Both the position numbers and the translations under genes were made by a program. A stretch of DNA of 64,000 bases from a virus. The notes under the pieces were generated by a model. That model saw only the letters and a program-made list of their open reading frames with translations, searched no databases and was not told where the DNA came from. The stretch covers positions 6,368 through 70,367 of IMG/VR virus record IMGVR_UViG_3300005563_000035; one strand, written 5' to 3'. Positions 9,847-20,664 of the stretch are shown piece after piece (the stretch's first letter is position 1; every line of letters starts with the position of its first letter).

Positions 9847-10354
9847 CAGTCCCGACGCCCACGGCCAGCACCAGCATCATCGCCGACACCGGCTCGGGAA
9901 CCTGCCGAACAGCCTCTAGGGTGAAGTCGGAGTGCGATTCCTGCTCGTCGTACGAGATGGCGTTCATCCCGCCACCGTAGTGCGCGCCGAACACACAGCA
10001 CCCATCGACACCCGCGTTGAGCGAGTAGCCGACGACATAGCCGTTGCGAATCGACACCTCGGCGGCGTGATCCATATCGCTGGTGAAAGCCAACTCACGG
10101 CCTACGCCGGTCACAGCGAACCCGATGCCCGCGGCGTAGTAGTCGCCATCGGCAAGTGAAGGCAGGTCAATCGACAGAAGCCCGGTGAACTGGGTAGTCG
10201 TGTCGCACGGGTCGTCCTGATTGACCCCACATCCGTAGCCGGTCTGGATCCGGTAGCTCCCAGCGATGGGCAGGTTGACCACTGCGTCAGCCCTTGCCAT
10301 CGAACACCCGAACGCCAATGCGGCAGCTCCCGCTGCCAAGACGGTGCGTCTCAT
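9812..10354 (-). CDS. Secreted PEP-CTERM sorting-domain protein (moron)
   Basis: Signal peptide MRRTVLAAGAAALAFGCSMARA; C-terminal VPEP + hydrophobic helix + RRSQVRRR. Confidence 0.8.
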   Translation of the reverse strand: MRRTVLAAGAAALAFGCSMARADAVVNLPIAGSYRIQTGYGCGVNQDDPCDTTTQFTGLLSIDLPSLADGDYYAAGIGFAVTGVGRELAFTSDMDHAAEVSIRNGYVVGYSLNAGVDGCCVFGAHYGGGMNAISYDEQESHSDFTLEAVRQVPEPVSAMMLVLAVGVGTVTGRRSQVRRR

Positions 10355-10473
10355 CTCGTTCCCCTTCGTGTTGTTGAACTCAACGCGACAGCGGAGCAGG
10401 CGCCCCACACACCAACCCGCATGCGCCGCGCCAGTCTAGTACGGCGCGCTGCCCGGGTATTGCTGAGCACGCC

Positions 10474-13353
10474 ATGACCGCTCCCAACGCATTCCTCGTC
10501 GACCAGAACTCGACGACTACGCCGAACATCGCGGTCGCCGTTGACCCGTCGACGGGCGTTCCCACGTTCCTGACGGTCGACGGCAGCGGCAACCAGGTCG
10601 CAACGTCCTTCGGTGGCGGTGGCGGCGGTGGCGGTGGCGGGGACATGTACCTCGCCCAGATCCAGACCATCACGGGCGCCAAGACGTTCAACAGCGGCAA
10701 GTTCTCGGTCGCCGGCGCAACGAGCGGCGCGATCACCGTCAATGCGCCGGCTGTTGCTGGGTCGAACACGATCACTCTGCCGGCTGCGACGGATACCCTC
10801 GTTGGCCGCGCCACGACGGACACGCTCACCAACAAGACCCTGACCGCGCCCGTCATGTCGGCGCCTGTCCTGGGCACCCCTGCCAGCGGCAACCTGGCCA
10901 GCTGCACCGGCTTGCCGATCGCGACTGGCGTGTCCGGCCTCGGCGCAAACGTCGCCACGTTCCTGGCCACGCCCAGCAGCGCCAACTTCGCCGCAGCGAT
11001 CACGGGCGGTACCGGCACTGGCGCGAACGTCTTCGCCAACAGCCCTGTGCTCGTCACGCCGAACATCGGTACGCCGAGCGCCGGCACCCTGACGAATTGC
11101 ACGGGTCTGCCGCTGACCACGGGCGTCACTGGCACGTTGCCGGGCGCCAACATGGCCGTGATGGTCGCCTCCGGCGCCAGCCACGCGCCGGGCGCCGTCC
11201 CCGACCCGGGCGCGAGCGCCGGCACCACCCGCTTCCTGCGCGAAGACGGCACCTGGTCCGCCCCGGCGGGCGGGGGCACCGTCACGAACTCGGGCAACCT
11301 GCTCTCCAACAGCATCGTCCTGGGCACGGGCACGACCGGCACGCAGGTCGCCGCAGGCCTGACCACGGATGGCGTGTCCAAGGTCAACCTCGGCGTCGCG
11401 GGTACGTCTGTCGGCTCGGTGGGCTTCAGCAATGCCACCAGCGGAAGCATCACGCTCGCCCCGGCGACTGGCGCGCTCGGCTCCGTCACCCTGACGATGC
11501 CGGCGGTCACGGACACGCTGGTTGCCCTCGGCGCCACGCAGACCCTGACGAACAAGACGCTCACCGCTCCCACGCTGAGCGGCATCGTCTCGACGGATGG
11601 CGCGAACATCACCACCGCGAATGCGATGGCTGCGCTCGCGATCGATGTCACCAAGGGCCTGAACACCAAGACGATCGCGGTTGACACTACGTTCACGTTT
11701 AGCGGCACGCCCGCGACGGCGAACACCTGGTTCTCCGTCCACGTCACCAACTCCGATCCCAATCCGCACACGCTGACGTTCCCGAGCGCGTTCTCGGTTG
11801 TCACCCAGGCGGCGCGCTCGACCTGCCCGATCGCCGGCAGCGGCCAGCTGTGGATCATGTTCCGCTGGGACGGCACCGCCTACCACGTCTTCGGGGACGG
11901 CGCGTTCCTGAACAGTTTCACGGCGACGACAAACCCCGGCACGTCCAACGACGTGACGCAAGGCTACGGCGTCGGATCGCTGTGGGCCAACACGTCTTCG
12001 AACACCCTGTTCTGGTGCGAGTCGAACGCTGCTGGCGCGGCTGTCTGGAACTCCACCGGTGGCTCGGGCGACATGCTGCTCGGGACGTCGCAGACGGTCA
12101 CGGCCGCCAAGACGTTCAACGACGCGACCCTCGTCCTGGCCGGGTCGACCAGCGGCAGCCTGACGCTGCACGCGACGGCTGCGGCCGGCTCAGGATCGTT
12201 CACGTTCCCCACGGGCACGGACACGGTGGTCGGTGTGGCGGCAACGCAGACCCTGACCAACAAGACCCTGACGTCGCCGACGCTGACAACTCCCGCGCTC
12301 GGGACGCCCGCGTCGGGAACGCTCACCAACTGCACCGGCTTGCCGCTGTCGACCGGCGTCACGGGCAACCTGCCGCCGAGCAACCTCAACAGCGGCACCG
12401 GCGCGACTGCCAGCACCTACTGGCGTGGCGACGGTACCTGGGCGACCCCTGCCGGCGCCGGCACGGTAACCAACAGCGGCGGCGCGCTGACGGCCAACGC
12501 CGTAGTGCTGGGCGCCGGCTCGAGCGATGCCAAGGTAGTGGCTGGCGTCACGACCGATGGCGTGTCCAAGATCAATCTTGGCGTCGCCGGATCTTCGGTC
12601 GGTGGCGTCGTGCTGGCCAATGCGACCAGCGGCACGATCACCATCGCGCCTGCGACGGGTGCCCTTGGCACGGTGACCCTGACGGCTCCTGCAGTGACCG
12701 ACACCCTCGTGGGGCTGGCCGCCACGCAAGCGCTGACGAACAAGACCTACAACGGCAACACCTGGACGGCTGGCACCGCCACGCTGACGGGCGCGGCTGG
12801 CAAGACGCTGGCGTGGAACAACACGATCACGTTCGCAGCGGGTGCGGACGGCGCCACGTTCACCTTCCCGGGCACCAACGACACCATCGTGGGCCGCACG
12901 GCGACCCAGACGCTGACGAACAAGACGCTGACGACCCCGGCGATCACCAACCCCGCGCTCTCGCATGCCAAGCCGGCGGCCAACCTGACGACCATCGGGA
13001 CGACCATCAGCGGCTACAACGCGGGCGCGACGATCACTCAGTTCCAGGCCGTCTACATGGGCTCTGGCGGCACCTGGCTGCTCGCCGATGCTGACGGTAC
13101 CGGCACACGACAGGCGCGCGGTCTGGCTGCGGCTGCCGGCACCAGCGGCAACCCGCTTGATGTGCTGGACAACGGTATTGCACGCAACGATGCCTGGACG
13201 TGGACGCCTGGCGGAGACATCTACCTGAGCACGACGGCGGGTGGCCTCACGCAGACGGCCCCCACCTCCGGCGCCGACGTTCGTCGCATCGGCTATGCAC
13301 TGTCGGCCACTGAGATCCGCGTGCAGATCGACAGCTTCTACGTGACGGTGTGA
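10474..13353 (+). CDS. Large repetitive fibre protein with C-terminal capsid-cement/DUF2190-like domain
   Basis: Repeated [18 protein letters not shown] units, large internal duplication; C-terminal AVY...LADAD...G.IYLS.TAG.LT.TAP...IGYALSAT. Confidence 0.75.
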   Translation: MTAPNAFLVDQNSTTTPNIAVAVDPSTGVPTFLTVDGSGNQVATSFGGGGGGGGGGDMYLAQIQTITGAKTFNSGKFSVAGATSGAITVNAPAVAGSNTITLPAATDTLVGRATTDTLTNKTLTAPVMSAPVLGTPASGNLASCTGLPIATGVSGLGANVATFLATPSSANFAAAITGGTGTGANVFANSPVLVTPNIGTPSAGTLTNCTGLPLTTGVTGTLPGANMAVMVASGASHAPGAVPDPGASAGTTRFLREDGTWSAPAGGGTVTNSGNLLSNSIVLGTGTTGTQVAAGLTTDGVSKVNLGVAGTSVGSVGFSNATSGSITLAPATGALGSVTLTMPAVTDTLVALGATQTLTNKTLTAPTLSGIVSTDGANITTANAMAALAIDVTKGLNTKTIAVDTTFTFSGTPATANTWFSVHVTNSDPNPHTLTFPSAFSVVTQAARSTCPIAGSGQLWIMFRWDGTAYHVFGDGAFLNSFTATTNPGTSNDVTQGYGVGSLWANTSSNTLFWCESNAAGAAVWNSTGGSGDMLLGTSQTVTAAKTFNDATLVLAGSTSGSLTLHATAAAGSGSFTFPTGTDTVVGVAATQTLTNKTLTSPTLTTPALGTPASGTLTNCTGLPLSTGVTGNLPPSNLNSGTGATASTYWRGDGTWATPAGAGTVTNSGGALTANAVVLGAGSSDAKVVAGVTTDGVSKINLGVAGSSVGGVVLANATSGTITIAPATGALGTVTLTAPAVTDTLVGLAATQALTNKTYNGNTWTAGTATLTGAAGKTLAWNNTITFAAGADGATFTFPGTNDTIVGRTATQTLTNKTLTTPAITNPALSHAKPAANLTTIGTTISGYNAGATITQFQAVYMGSGGTWLLADADGTGTRQARGLAAAAGTSGNPLDVLDNGIARNDAWTWTPGGDIYLSTTAGGLTQTAPTSGADVRRIGYALSATEIRVQIDSFYVTV

Positions 13354-13357
13354 CGTC

Positions 13358-15328
13358 ATGGCGGTCAAGAACGCAGTCGCCAAGAACTGGAGCTCGTGGC
13401 TTCTGAATTTCGACAACACGCGCAACTCCGCGTACCCGAACGGGGACAAGCCGACCGGCTACGTCACCGCGCCGACGCTACTCGGACTGGATACCGACAG
13501 CGCGTCGCTGACGGGCGGCGAGAACAACAAGGGCCATTACGTCGAGGTTTACGGCTACAACCTGGGCCGCATTTCTGCGATAGGTACGTCGAGCGGCGTG
13601 CGCGCGTTCTTTCGCGATCCGTTGGGTGACAACGCCTGGCACGAGGTTGACAACTACCGTTGCCTGACGCTGCCGAAGGTGTTCTCGACACACCAGATCA
13701 TGGCGTTGATCTTCCAGATCGGTTCGCTCGGCGGATCGATGGTCAACGGCCGTGTGCTCGACCTGAAGCTCACGGTCAACGGTACGGACACCAACGTCCT
13801 GACCGCAGCGCTCACGATCCAGCCGGGTCGCACCTGGTACGTCGACAACGTCGCCGGCAGTGACGCGACGGGCAAGCCCGACGACATCACCAAGCCGTTT
13901 CGCTACCTGCAGAACTACAGCGGGGCGTCAGCGGCCGTCAGCGGCTCGTTGTGGGCCGCCACGACCGCGCAGGGCGACACCGGCCTGCAACCCGGCGACT
14001 GCATCGTCATCCGCGCTAACAGCGGCACCCCCTACAGCGATCAGGTCGGCTTCGATGGTCGCTGGTGCCGGTTCCGTGAAGCGCGTCATCTTGGCACCGC
14101 TCCGAACGGCACGGTGGGACACGGTCGCATTCGCTTCACGCGCTACCCGGGCGCTGTTGGCGCCAATGCTCCGGAGACGCCCTACTTCCAAGATCCTTCG
14201 GGTGGCCTAGGCGGTATTCACGGTGCCAACAGCGCCTACGCGAACCAAGCGCTCGGCACATGCACCGGCCAGTACGTGGCGATCAGCGGGTTGAAGGTTT
14301 TCAGCGCGGCCGCCAGCGGCTCGAGCGACGGGGCGCCGATCAACTTGCAGCAGGGCGCCGACTTCTGGTGGGTCAGCAACTGCGAGTTGTCGTGGCCGAC
14401 GACGACGACGGCGCTCGCTGGCGCGCTGCCGGGTCAGGGCTACAACTGCCTGCTGCAGTGCAACTACATACACGATGTCGACTGCAATCAGTCGTCGATG
14501 ACCAATCACGGCATCTACATCGGTTCGGGCGCGCAGAATTTCACGGCCAGCGCAATCGCGACGGCGGAATACATCGCCGCAGCCAAGAGTGGGCCCTGCT
14601 CGCACAACTGGACAGTTCGTTGGAACCGCATTGAGGACATCCATGGCGGATCCGGCATCCAGTGGAACGACACCCAGGGTAGCGGCGATCACTTCATCGG
14701 CCACAAGGTCTATGGCAACTGGGTGCTGCGTGCCGCCAAGAACGGCATCACCGGCGCATCGTCGTTGCAGTCGGCTGACATCTACGACAACTTCATCATC
14801 GATTGCAGCGCTGGCCCCCAGAACGGCGCGTCGTTCAAGATGAGCGACAACGTCGCCAGCCGCGCTGTGAACTTCGTCCACAACACGCTGGTGCAGTCGG
14901 CGACGACGGGTGCTTACAACCAGATGATCGTGAACGACGGGGCGAACCAGACCAGCGGCACGCTCAACATCAAGGCCAACGTTCTCGTGATGCGTGCGGG
15001 GCACAACGCGTCGCTGGGCTTCACGACCTACGGTGCATCCGACACCGGCGTGGTGATGGCAAACAACCTGTATTACGACTTCGACGGTGTTGTCACGACC
15101 GCGCCGACGAAGGACACCGCAGCGACCTATGGCAATCCGTTGTTCACGGATCTGCCGAATCTGAATCTGACGCTGGCCACCGGAAGCCCTGGACTGGGCG
15201 CCATGACGGCCGCCGAGCCGATTGCGATCGCGACGGACTTCTACGGAATTGCGCGCCCGCAGACTGGCACCGGCACACCGTCGGGATCCAAGAATGACTA
15301 CGGCGCAACGCAAGGGATCGGCACGTGA
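13358..15328 (+). CDS. Right-handed beta-helix (pectin-lyase-like) putative depolymerase
   Basis: WYVDN..GSD.TG...DITKPFR, LQPGD, NYIHDV...HGIYIG, periodic Asn ladder, C-terminal TDFYG.ARP...DYGA. Confidence 0.75.
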   Translation: MAVKNAVAKNWSSWLLNFDNTRNSAYPNGDKPTGYVTAPTLLGLDTDSASLTGGENNKGHYVEVYGYNLGRISAIGTSSGVRAFFRDPLGDNAWHEVDNYRCLTLPKVFSTHQIMALIFQIGSLGGSMVNGRVLDLKLTVNGTDTNVLTAALTIQPGRTWYVDNVAGSDATGKPDDITKPFRYLQNYSGASAAVSGSLWAATTAQGDTGLQPGDCIVIRANSGTPYSDQVGFDGRWCRFREARHLGTAPNGTVGHGRIRFTRYPGAVGANAPETPYFQDPSGGLGGIHGANSAYANQALGTCTGQYVAISGLKVFSAAASGSSDGAPINLQQGADFWWVSNCELSWPTTTTALAGALPGQGYNCLLQCNYIHDVDCNQSSMTNHGIYIGSGAQNFTASAIATAEYIAAAKSGPCSHNWTVRWNRIEDIHGGSGIQWNDTQGSGDHFIGHKVYGNWVLRAAKNGITGASSLQSADIYDNFIIDCSAGPQNGASFKMSDNVASRAVNFVHNTLVQSATTGAYNQMIVNDGANQTSGTLNIKANVLVMRAGHNASLGFTTYGASDTGVVMANNLYYDFDGVVTTAPTKDTAATYGNPLFTDLPNLNLTLATGSPGLGAMTAAEPIAIATDFYGIARPQTGTGTPSGSKNDYGATQGIGT

Positions 15329-16644
15329 GCTACACGATCCTCAGCCCGACGTCGGTCTTCGACAACAGTGGCTCTGGCAGCACTGTCCAGCAGTGCACGG
15401 CAAGCATGCCGGCGCTGCAGATTGGTGACTGGGTCGCCGTCTTCGTCCCCTACGTTGCCGCAACCGATGTCACCCAGACGGTCACGGATAGCCTCGGCAA
15501 CACCTACACCGAGAATACAACCCCCCACTTCTGGCTGTCGACATCCGGCAACCATGGGGCACGCTTCTTCATCTGCCAAGTCACGGTAGCTGGGACGCCG
15601 ACATTCATCAAGACGACGGCCGGCGCCTCCTGCACGTTCCTCGGCGTCTTTGCGGATGTCATCCGCGGACTGGTCACCTCGAGTGCGCTCCAGGTCACTG
15701 CGGCCTACAAGCGCACGGCCGGCGTAGGTACTGCGGCTGACTCGCTGGCCTCCAACTCGGCCACGGTCACGACGCCCCCGGTGGCAGTGCTCGGCTACGC
15801 GATCAACCTCGTCGGATCCAACGGTTGCACCTGTTCTGCGGGTACCGGCGAGACGCTCTTGCACACGGGGCAGAAGTCCAACGGCCTCGCGGACTTCATC
15901 AAGGTCGAACACAAGCGTGTGACCGGCACTGGCGCAGTTACATCCACCTTCACGCCGGCCCAAGCTGGTGATGACTGGGTGGCTTGTCAACTGGTGTTCA
16001 CCGAACAGAACACCACGCCGCTCATCACGAGCGTGAGCACCGCGACGCCGCGCTACCAGGGTGCGCTCACCATCAATGGCTCGCTGTTCGGATCGGCCCA
16101 GGGCGCGGGTAGCGTTACTCTGGGCGCGGTCACGCAGACAGTGAACTCGTGGGCCGACACTGCGATCACGATCAATTCGCTGCTGCGCGGGACGAACAAG
16201 TACGGCATCGAGCTCGACCTGATCGTCAACACGAACGCGAGCGGCTCGAGCAACACCTACACAGGCGTCACGAGCCTGCTGCCGCAGACGGGTTGGAATT
16301 TCGTCAACATTGGCACGCCCAACTCGACGAGCGCGAACCGCCTGACCGCGACGGGTGGTGGCGACATCGCCAGCGGAGACCAAATCGCCTGGGGCAATAT
16401 CCAGGGAACAGGCACCGTGACCGTCAATGCGGACGGCACGTTCAGCGCAGACTCCGGCGTAACGGCGTTCGACTACGAGGTCTGGACGACAACGTCTGGA
16501 TGGGGCTCGACAGCGACGCAGTCAATGGTCGCCGCCGGAGCGGTTGTGCAGAGCGCTGGTGGCATCGCGAAAGCCTCGATTGTCAAAGCCGGTGGCGTCG
16601 CCTTCGCCTCCATCCTGGCCATCGGTGGCATCAGCACCAGCTGA
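15325..16644 (+). CDS. Putative virion protein with IPT/TIG-like Ig domain
   Basis: PLITSVS...LTINGSLFGSAQG.GSVTLG......SWADTAIT. Confidence 0.7.
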   Translation: MSYTILSPTSVFDNSGSGSTVQQCTASMPALQIGDWVAVFVPYVAATDVTQTVTDSLGNTYTENTTPHFWLSTSGNHGARFFICQVTVAGTPTFIKTTAGASCTFLGVFADVIRGLVTSSALQVTAAYKRTAGVGTAADSLASNSATVTTPPVAVLGYAINLVGSNGCTCSAGTGETLLHTGQKSNGLADFIKVEHKRVTGTGAVTSTFTPAQAGDDWVACQLVFTEQNTTPLITSVSTATPRYQGALTINGSLFGSAQGAGSVTLGAVTQTVNSWADTAITINSLLRGTNKYGIELDLIVNTNASGSSNTYTGVTSLLPQTGWNFVNIGTPNSTSANRLTATGGGDIASGDQIAWGNIQGTGTVTVNADGTFSADSGVTAFDYEVWTTTSGWGSTATQSMVAAGAVVQSAGGIAKASIVKAGGVAFASILAIGGISTS

Positions 16645-16658
16645 TCTTGACCCGGAAT

Positions 16659-17303
16659 ATGGCCCGCAGCAAGTCGGTAAAGCCGACCATCGCCCGACGC
16701 CCGATGCCCCCGAGAGAACTCGGAAGCACGGTCGACTTCGCGCCCGCAGTTGGAGTCTGGGACTGGATTCAGGAGAACATCCTTGCCCGCGATGGCGCGC
16801 TGCACAATGTCGACCACGCGCACCTGATCGACGCGGACGTCTGTGTCCTGTGGGCGGATGGTGGATTCATCAGCAAGATGCGCCAGGTCATCGGGACGGC
16901 GGAAGAGGTCGCCTTCCGCTGCAACGCTTGGCAGCGCGGGCGCCAGGAACAGCAGATGGGTCAGTGGTTCGGGCGCGTGCCCAGCTTCCTGATCACGCTA
17001 GATGGACGCTTCGCATCGCAGTGCACGGACACCCAGTGGTGCGCACTGGTCGAGCATGAGCTCTACCACCTCGCTCACAAGTGCGACCCCTTCGGCGCGC
17101 CGATGTTCGGTAAGGACGGCAAGCCCAAGATCGCCATTCAGGGCCACGATGTTGAGGAATTTGTTGGAGTGGTCAGGCGCTACGGCGTTGGCGACCCCGA
17201 CAGTTCCGTCGCTCGCATGGTGAAGGCAGCCAATGCCAAGCCCGAGGTGACTGAGTCAATGTTAGTAGGCGCTTGCGGTACGTGCCTCGCAAGGGTTGCC
17301 TGA
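16659..17303 (+). CDS. Putative phage metallopeptidase
   Basis: ALVEHELYH and HDVEEFVGVVRRYG motifs; directly upstream of terS. Confidence 0.85.
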   Translation: MARSKSVKPTIARRPMPPRELGSTVDFAPAVGVWDWIQENILARDGALHNVDHAHLIDADVCVLWADGGFISKMRQVIGTAEEVAFRCNAWQRGRQEQQMGQWFGRVPSFLITLDGRFASQCTDTQWCALVEHELYHLAHKCDPFGAPMFGKDGKPKIAIQGHDVEEFVGVVRRYGVGDPDSSVARMVKAANAKPEVTESMLVGACGTCLARVA

Positions 17304-17334
17304 GCCGGACTAAACCCGGACGGGATTTCACAAT

Positions 17335-17805
17335 ATGGCATCACTGACCGAGCAGCAAAAGCTCTTCATCGTTCAAGCACTTGCGTGCTTCGATACGCCG
17401 ACACAAGTCAGCCTCGCCGTCCGAGAAGAATTTGGTATCGAGGTCGACCGTCGCCGGGTGCACGAATACGACCCGACTCGCATCGGTGGACGCGGCTTGG
17501 GAAAGAAGCTCAAGGCCATCTTTGACGAGACGCGCGCTGCGTTCCTCAAGGACGTGAGCACGATCCCGATCGCCAGCCAAGCCTATCGCCTTCGTACGCT
17601 GAACCGCCTTCTCGTCAAGGTGGAGGGGCAGGGCAACACGGCGCTTGCGGCGCAACTCATCGAGCAGGCTGCCAAAGAGGCCGGCGGCTCGTTCACCAAC
17701 CGCCGAGAGGTGACCGGTGCAGACGGCGCGCCCGTCATGACGCCCATGACATTGGCGGACTTCTATGCAGGTAGCCGCCCCGAGCCTCAATCCGGCGCTT
17801 CGTGA
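17335..17805 (+). CDS. terS: Terminase small subunit (DUF2280)
   Basis: FIVQALACFDTP..V...V.EEFG...YDPT...IPIA..AYRLR.L...EQAAKE.GG..TN. Confidence 0.85.
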   Translation: MASLTEQQKLFIVQALACFDTPTQVSLAVREEFGIEVDRRRVHEYDPTRIGGRGLGKKLKAIFDETRAAFLKDVSTIPIASQAYRLRTLNRLLVKVEGQGNTALAAQLIEQAAKEAGGSFTNRREVTGADGAPVMTPMTLADFYAGSRPEPQSGAS

Positions 17806-19135
17806 TTTCTGGCTGACGCCAGCGCGCAACCGGATCCTCTACGGAGGCCGGTCGTCATCGAAGAGTTGGGACGCAGCAGGCTTTGCGATCTTTCTGGCGC
17901 AGAAGATGCGCCTGCGCTTTCTGTGCACCCGCCAGTTCCAGAACAAGATCGAGGAGTCGGTCTACACCCTCTTGAAGGTGCAGATCGAACGGTTCGGGCT
18001 GCAAAAGCAGTTCAAGATCCTCGACAACAAGATCATTTGCCGATCGACGGGTAGCGAGTTCGTCTTCTACGGCCTATGGCGCCACGTCAGCGAAATCAAG
18101 TCGCTTGAAGGCATTGACGTCCACTGGGCGGAAGAGGCCCACCTCCTGACCGAGGAGCAGTGGAAGATCATCGACCCGACGCTCCGCAAGGAAGGCTCGC
18201 AGCACTGGATCATCTTCAATCCGCGCCTAGCGACCGATTTCACGTACCAGCGCTTTGTGCGCAACCCGCCGCCCGACACGGTCAAACGGCTGATCAACTA
18301 CACCGAGAACCCGTTCCTAAGCTCCACCATCCTCAAGGTCATTGAGGGAGCCAAGGAAGAGGACGAAGAAGAGTTCCGGCACATCTACCTTGGTGAGCCG
18401 CGGGCCGACGACGAACGTTCGGTGATCCGGCGTGCATGGCTGATGGCCGCGATCGACGGGCACAAGGCACTCGGGATCGAACCACGAGGCGCGAAGCGTA
18501 AGGGCTTCGACATCGCCGATGCCGGCGAGGATGCCTGCGCGACGGTCGATGCCCATGGCCCTGTGGCTGTGTCCAGCGACATGTGGCGCGGCGGCGAGGA
18601 CGAACTCCTCAAGTCCTGCACGCGCGTGCATGTGGCCGCCAAGTCCACCGGATCCTCGATCATCTACGACGCGATCGGTGTGGGTGCCGGGGCGGGCGCG
18701 AAGTTCAACGAGCTCAACGCAGCCGGTGGCGGCCCGAAGGTAGAGCACTCGAAGTTCTTCGCGGGCGGCTCGGTCTTCCGACCGGATGCCAAGTACGCCA
18801 ACACGGAGGTCCTGAACAAGGACTTCTTCTCGAACATCAAGGCCCAGGCCTGGTGGCTGGTCGCAGACCGGCTCCGCAACACCTACAACGCCGTGCGCAA
18901 CGGCCAGCGTTTCCCCGACGACGAGATGATCTTCCTCGACGGGTCGATGCCGAATCTGGACCAACTCATGGACGAATTGAGCACCCCGCTGCGCGACTAC
19001 GACAACGCTGGGCGTGTCAAGGTCGAGAGCAAGAAGGATCTTGCCAAGCGCGGCGTCAACTCGCCCAACCTCGGCGACGCCTTCATCATGGCCTTCCTCC
19101 CGGGCGTGATGAAGAAGACGAGCTTCTTCGGGTAA
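17765..19135 (+). CDS. terL: Terminase large subunit (PBSX family)
   Basis: Walker A YGGRSSSKS, Walker B WAEEA, FNP, nuclease GFDIA and SPNLGDA. Confidence 0.95.
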   Translation: MQVAAPSLNPALRDFWLTPARNRILYGGRSSSKSWDAAGFAIFLAQKMRLRFLCTRQFQNKIEESVYTLLKVQIERFGLQKQFKILDNKIICRSTGSEFVFYGLWRHVSEIKSLEGIDVHWAEEAHLLTEEQWKIIDPTLRKEGSQHWIIFNPRLATDFTYQRFVRNPPPDTVKRLINYTENPFLSSTILKVIEGAKEEDEEEFRHIYLGEPRADDERSVIRRAWLMAAIDGHKALGIEPRGAKRKGFDIADAGEDACATVDAHGPVAVSSDMWRGGEDELLKSCTRVHVAAKSTGSSIIYDAIGVGAGAGAKFNELNAAGGGPKVEHSKFFAGGSVFRPDAKYANTEVLNKDFFSNIKAQAWWLVADRLRNTYNAVRNGQRFPDDEMIFLDGSMPNLDQLMDELSTPLRDYDNAGRVKVESKKDLAKRGVNSPNLGDAFIMAFLPGVMKKTSFFG

Positions 19136-20664
19136 TGGGCATGTTCTCGTGGATCACCGGTAGCAAGAGCGCACCGGCGCCGAAGCCTGCCCGGGCTGAG
19201 CCCGCCTCCTTCTGGAGCACCCATGCCTTTGACAGCGTGAGCTCACGGGAGAAGGCGAGCGCTTTCCTCACGGACACGCTGTCGGCCATCCGAGCCAAGC
19301 TGCCCCGATTCGCCACCGCCGACCACGCGATGGATGACGCCGGCAACGGTGGCATCGCCCTGAAGCTCCAAGCGCAGGCGATGAACATCCCCGAAGTCTT
19401 GGCGATGTGGTACGCCTCGCAGACCTTCATCGGCTACCAGCTCGCAGCCATCCTGGCGCAGCATTGGCTGATCGACAAGGCGTGCACCGTACCGGCCCGC
19501 GACGCGATCCGCCAGGGCTTCGACATCGTCAACGTGGATGGCGACGACATCGACCCGGCCGTCCTGAAGAAGCTCCACAAGGCCGACCGCCGGATGCGGC
19601 TGAACTGGAACATGGAGCAGTTCGTGCGCATGGGCCGGATCTTCGGCATCCGCATCGCGCTGTTCAAGGTCGAGTCCACCGACCCGCAATACTACGAGAA
19701 GCCATTCAACCCGGACGGCGTGACCAAGGGCTCCTACAAGGGCATCGTCCAGGTCGACCCGTACTGGTGCGCCCCGCAGATGGACATCGCGGCATCGTCG
19801 CGGCCGGACACGGAGCACTTCTACGAGCCGACGTGGTGGCTGATCCACGGCACGCGCTACCACCGCTCGCACCTAGTCATCTTCCGCAACGGTGACCTGC
19901 CCGACCTGCTCAAGCCGCAGTACATGTACGGCGGCGTCCCGCTGCCCCAGCGGATCATGGAGCGGGTCTACGGCGCCGAACGCACGGCCAATGAGGCGCC
20001 GCAGCTCGTCCAGACCAAACGCACGAACGTCTGGTTAACGGACATGGCCAAGTTCACAGCACTCGGCGATGAGGCCATCGATCGCATGAACCAGTGGATC
20101 AGCTGGCGAGACAACTACTCGGTCAAGCTGGGCGATAAGGAAGGCGACCAGTTCGATCAGTTCGACACCAGCCTCGGCGACCTGGACAACGTCATCATGA
20201 CGCAGTACCAGATCGTCGCCGCGCAGGCGAACATGCCTGCCACGAAGCTGCTGGGCACCGTCCCGAAGGGCTTCAACTCCACCGGCGAGTACGAGGAAGC
20301 CAGCTATCACGAGGAACTGGAGAGCATTCAGGCTCACGACTTGACGCGCCTTGTCGAGCGCCACCACCTCCTGGTCATCCGCTCCGAAGTGCCCGAGCTC
20401 AAGGACATCGAGACGACCGTCGAATGGCGACCGCTGGATACACCGACAGCCAAGGAACAGGCCGACATGAACCTGACCAAGGCCCAGACCGGCTCGCAGC
20501 TGATCCAGTCCGGCGCGATCTCCCCGGAGAACGAGCAGGAGCGCCTGAAGCGTGACCCGGCCAGCGGCTACGCGGCGCTCGAGCTGACCCCGCCGCCCGA
20601 CCCCGAACTTGCGGCCGAACTAGACGACGATGACTCCGCCGAAGACTCGCCAGCCAAGCCTTGA
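19135..20664 (+). CDS. Portal protein (DUF1073 family)
   Basis: FIGYQL.AILAQHWLIDKAC..PARDA.R.G; MPATKLLG..PKGFNSTGEYE; follows terL. Confidence 0.9.
   Translation: MGMFSWITGSKSAPAPKPARAEPASFWSTHAFDSVSSREKASAFLTDTLSAIRAKLPRFATADHAMDDAGNGGIALKLQAQAMNIPEVLAMWYASQTFIGYQLAAILAQHWLIDKACTVPARDAIRQGFDIVNVDGDDIDPAVLKKLHKADRRMRLNWNMEQFVRMGRIFGIRIALFKVESTDPQYYEKPFNPDGVTKGSYKGIVQVDPYWCAPQMDIAASSRPDTEHFYEPTWWLIHGTRYHRSHLVIFRNGDLPDLLKPQYMYGGVPLPQRIMERVYGAERTANEAPQLVQTKRTNVWLTDMAKFTALGDEAIDRMNQWISWRDNYSVKLGDKEGDQFDQFDTSLGDLDNVIMTQYQIVAAQANMPATKLLGTVPKGFNSTGEYEEASYHEELESIQAHDLTRLVERHHLLVIRSEVPELKDIETTVEWRPLDTPTAKEQADMNLTKAQTGSQLIQSGAISPENEQERLKRDPASGYAALELTPPPDPELAAELDDDDSAEDSPAKP

Noticed and set aside
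10351-13449. Long antisense ORFs (606, 498, 419 aa) opposite the fibre gene, and similar ones opposite the capsid, sheath and recombination genes
   Set aside because: Shadow ORFs expected from high GC and biased codon usage; no motifs
18583-19134. 693-aa portal as listed in the ORF track
   Set aside because: The N-terminal extension overlaps terL; the TAATG-coupled start at 19135 is more plausible
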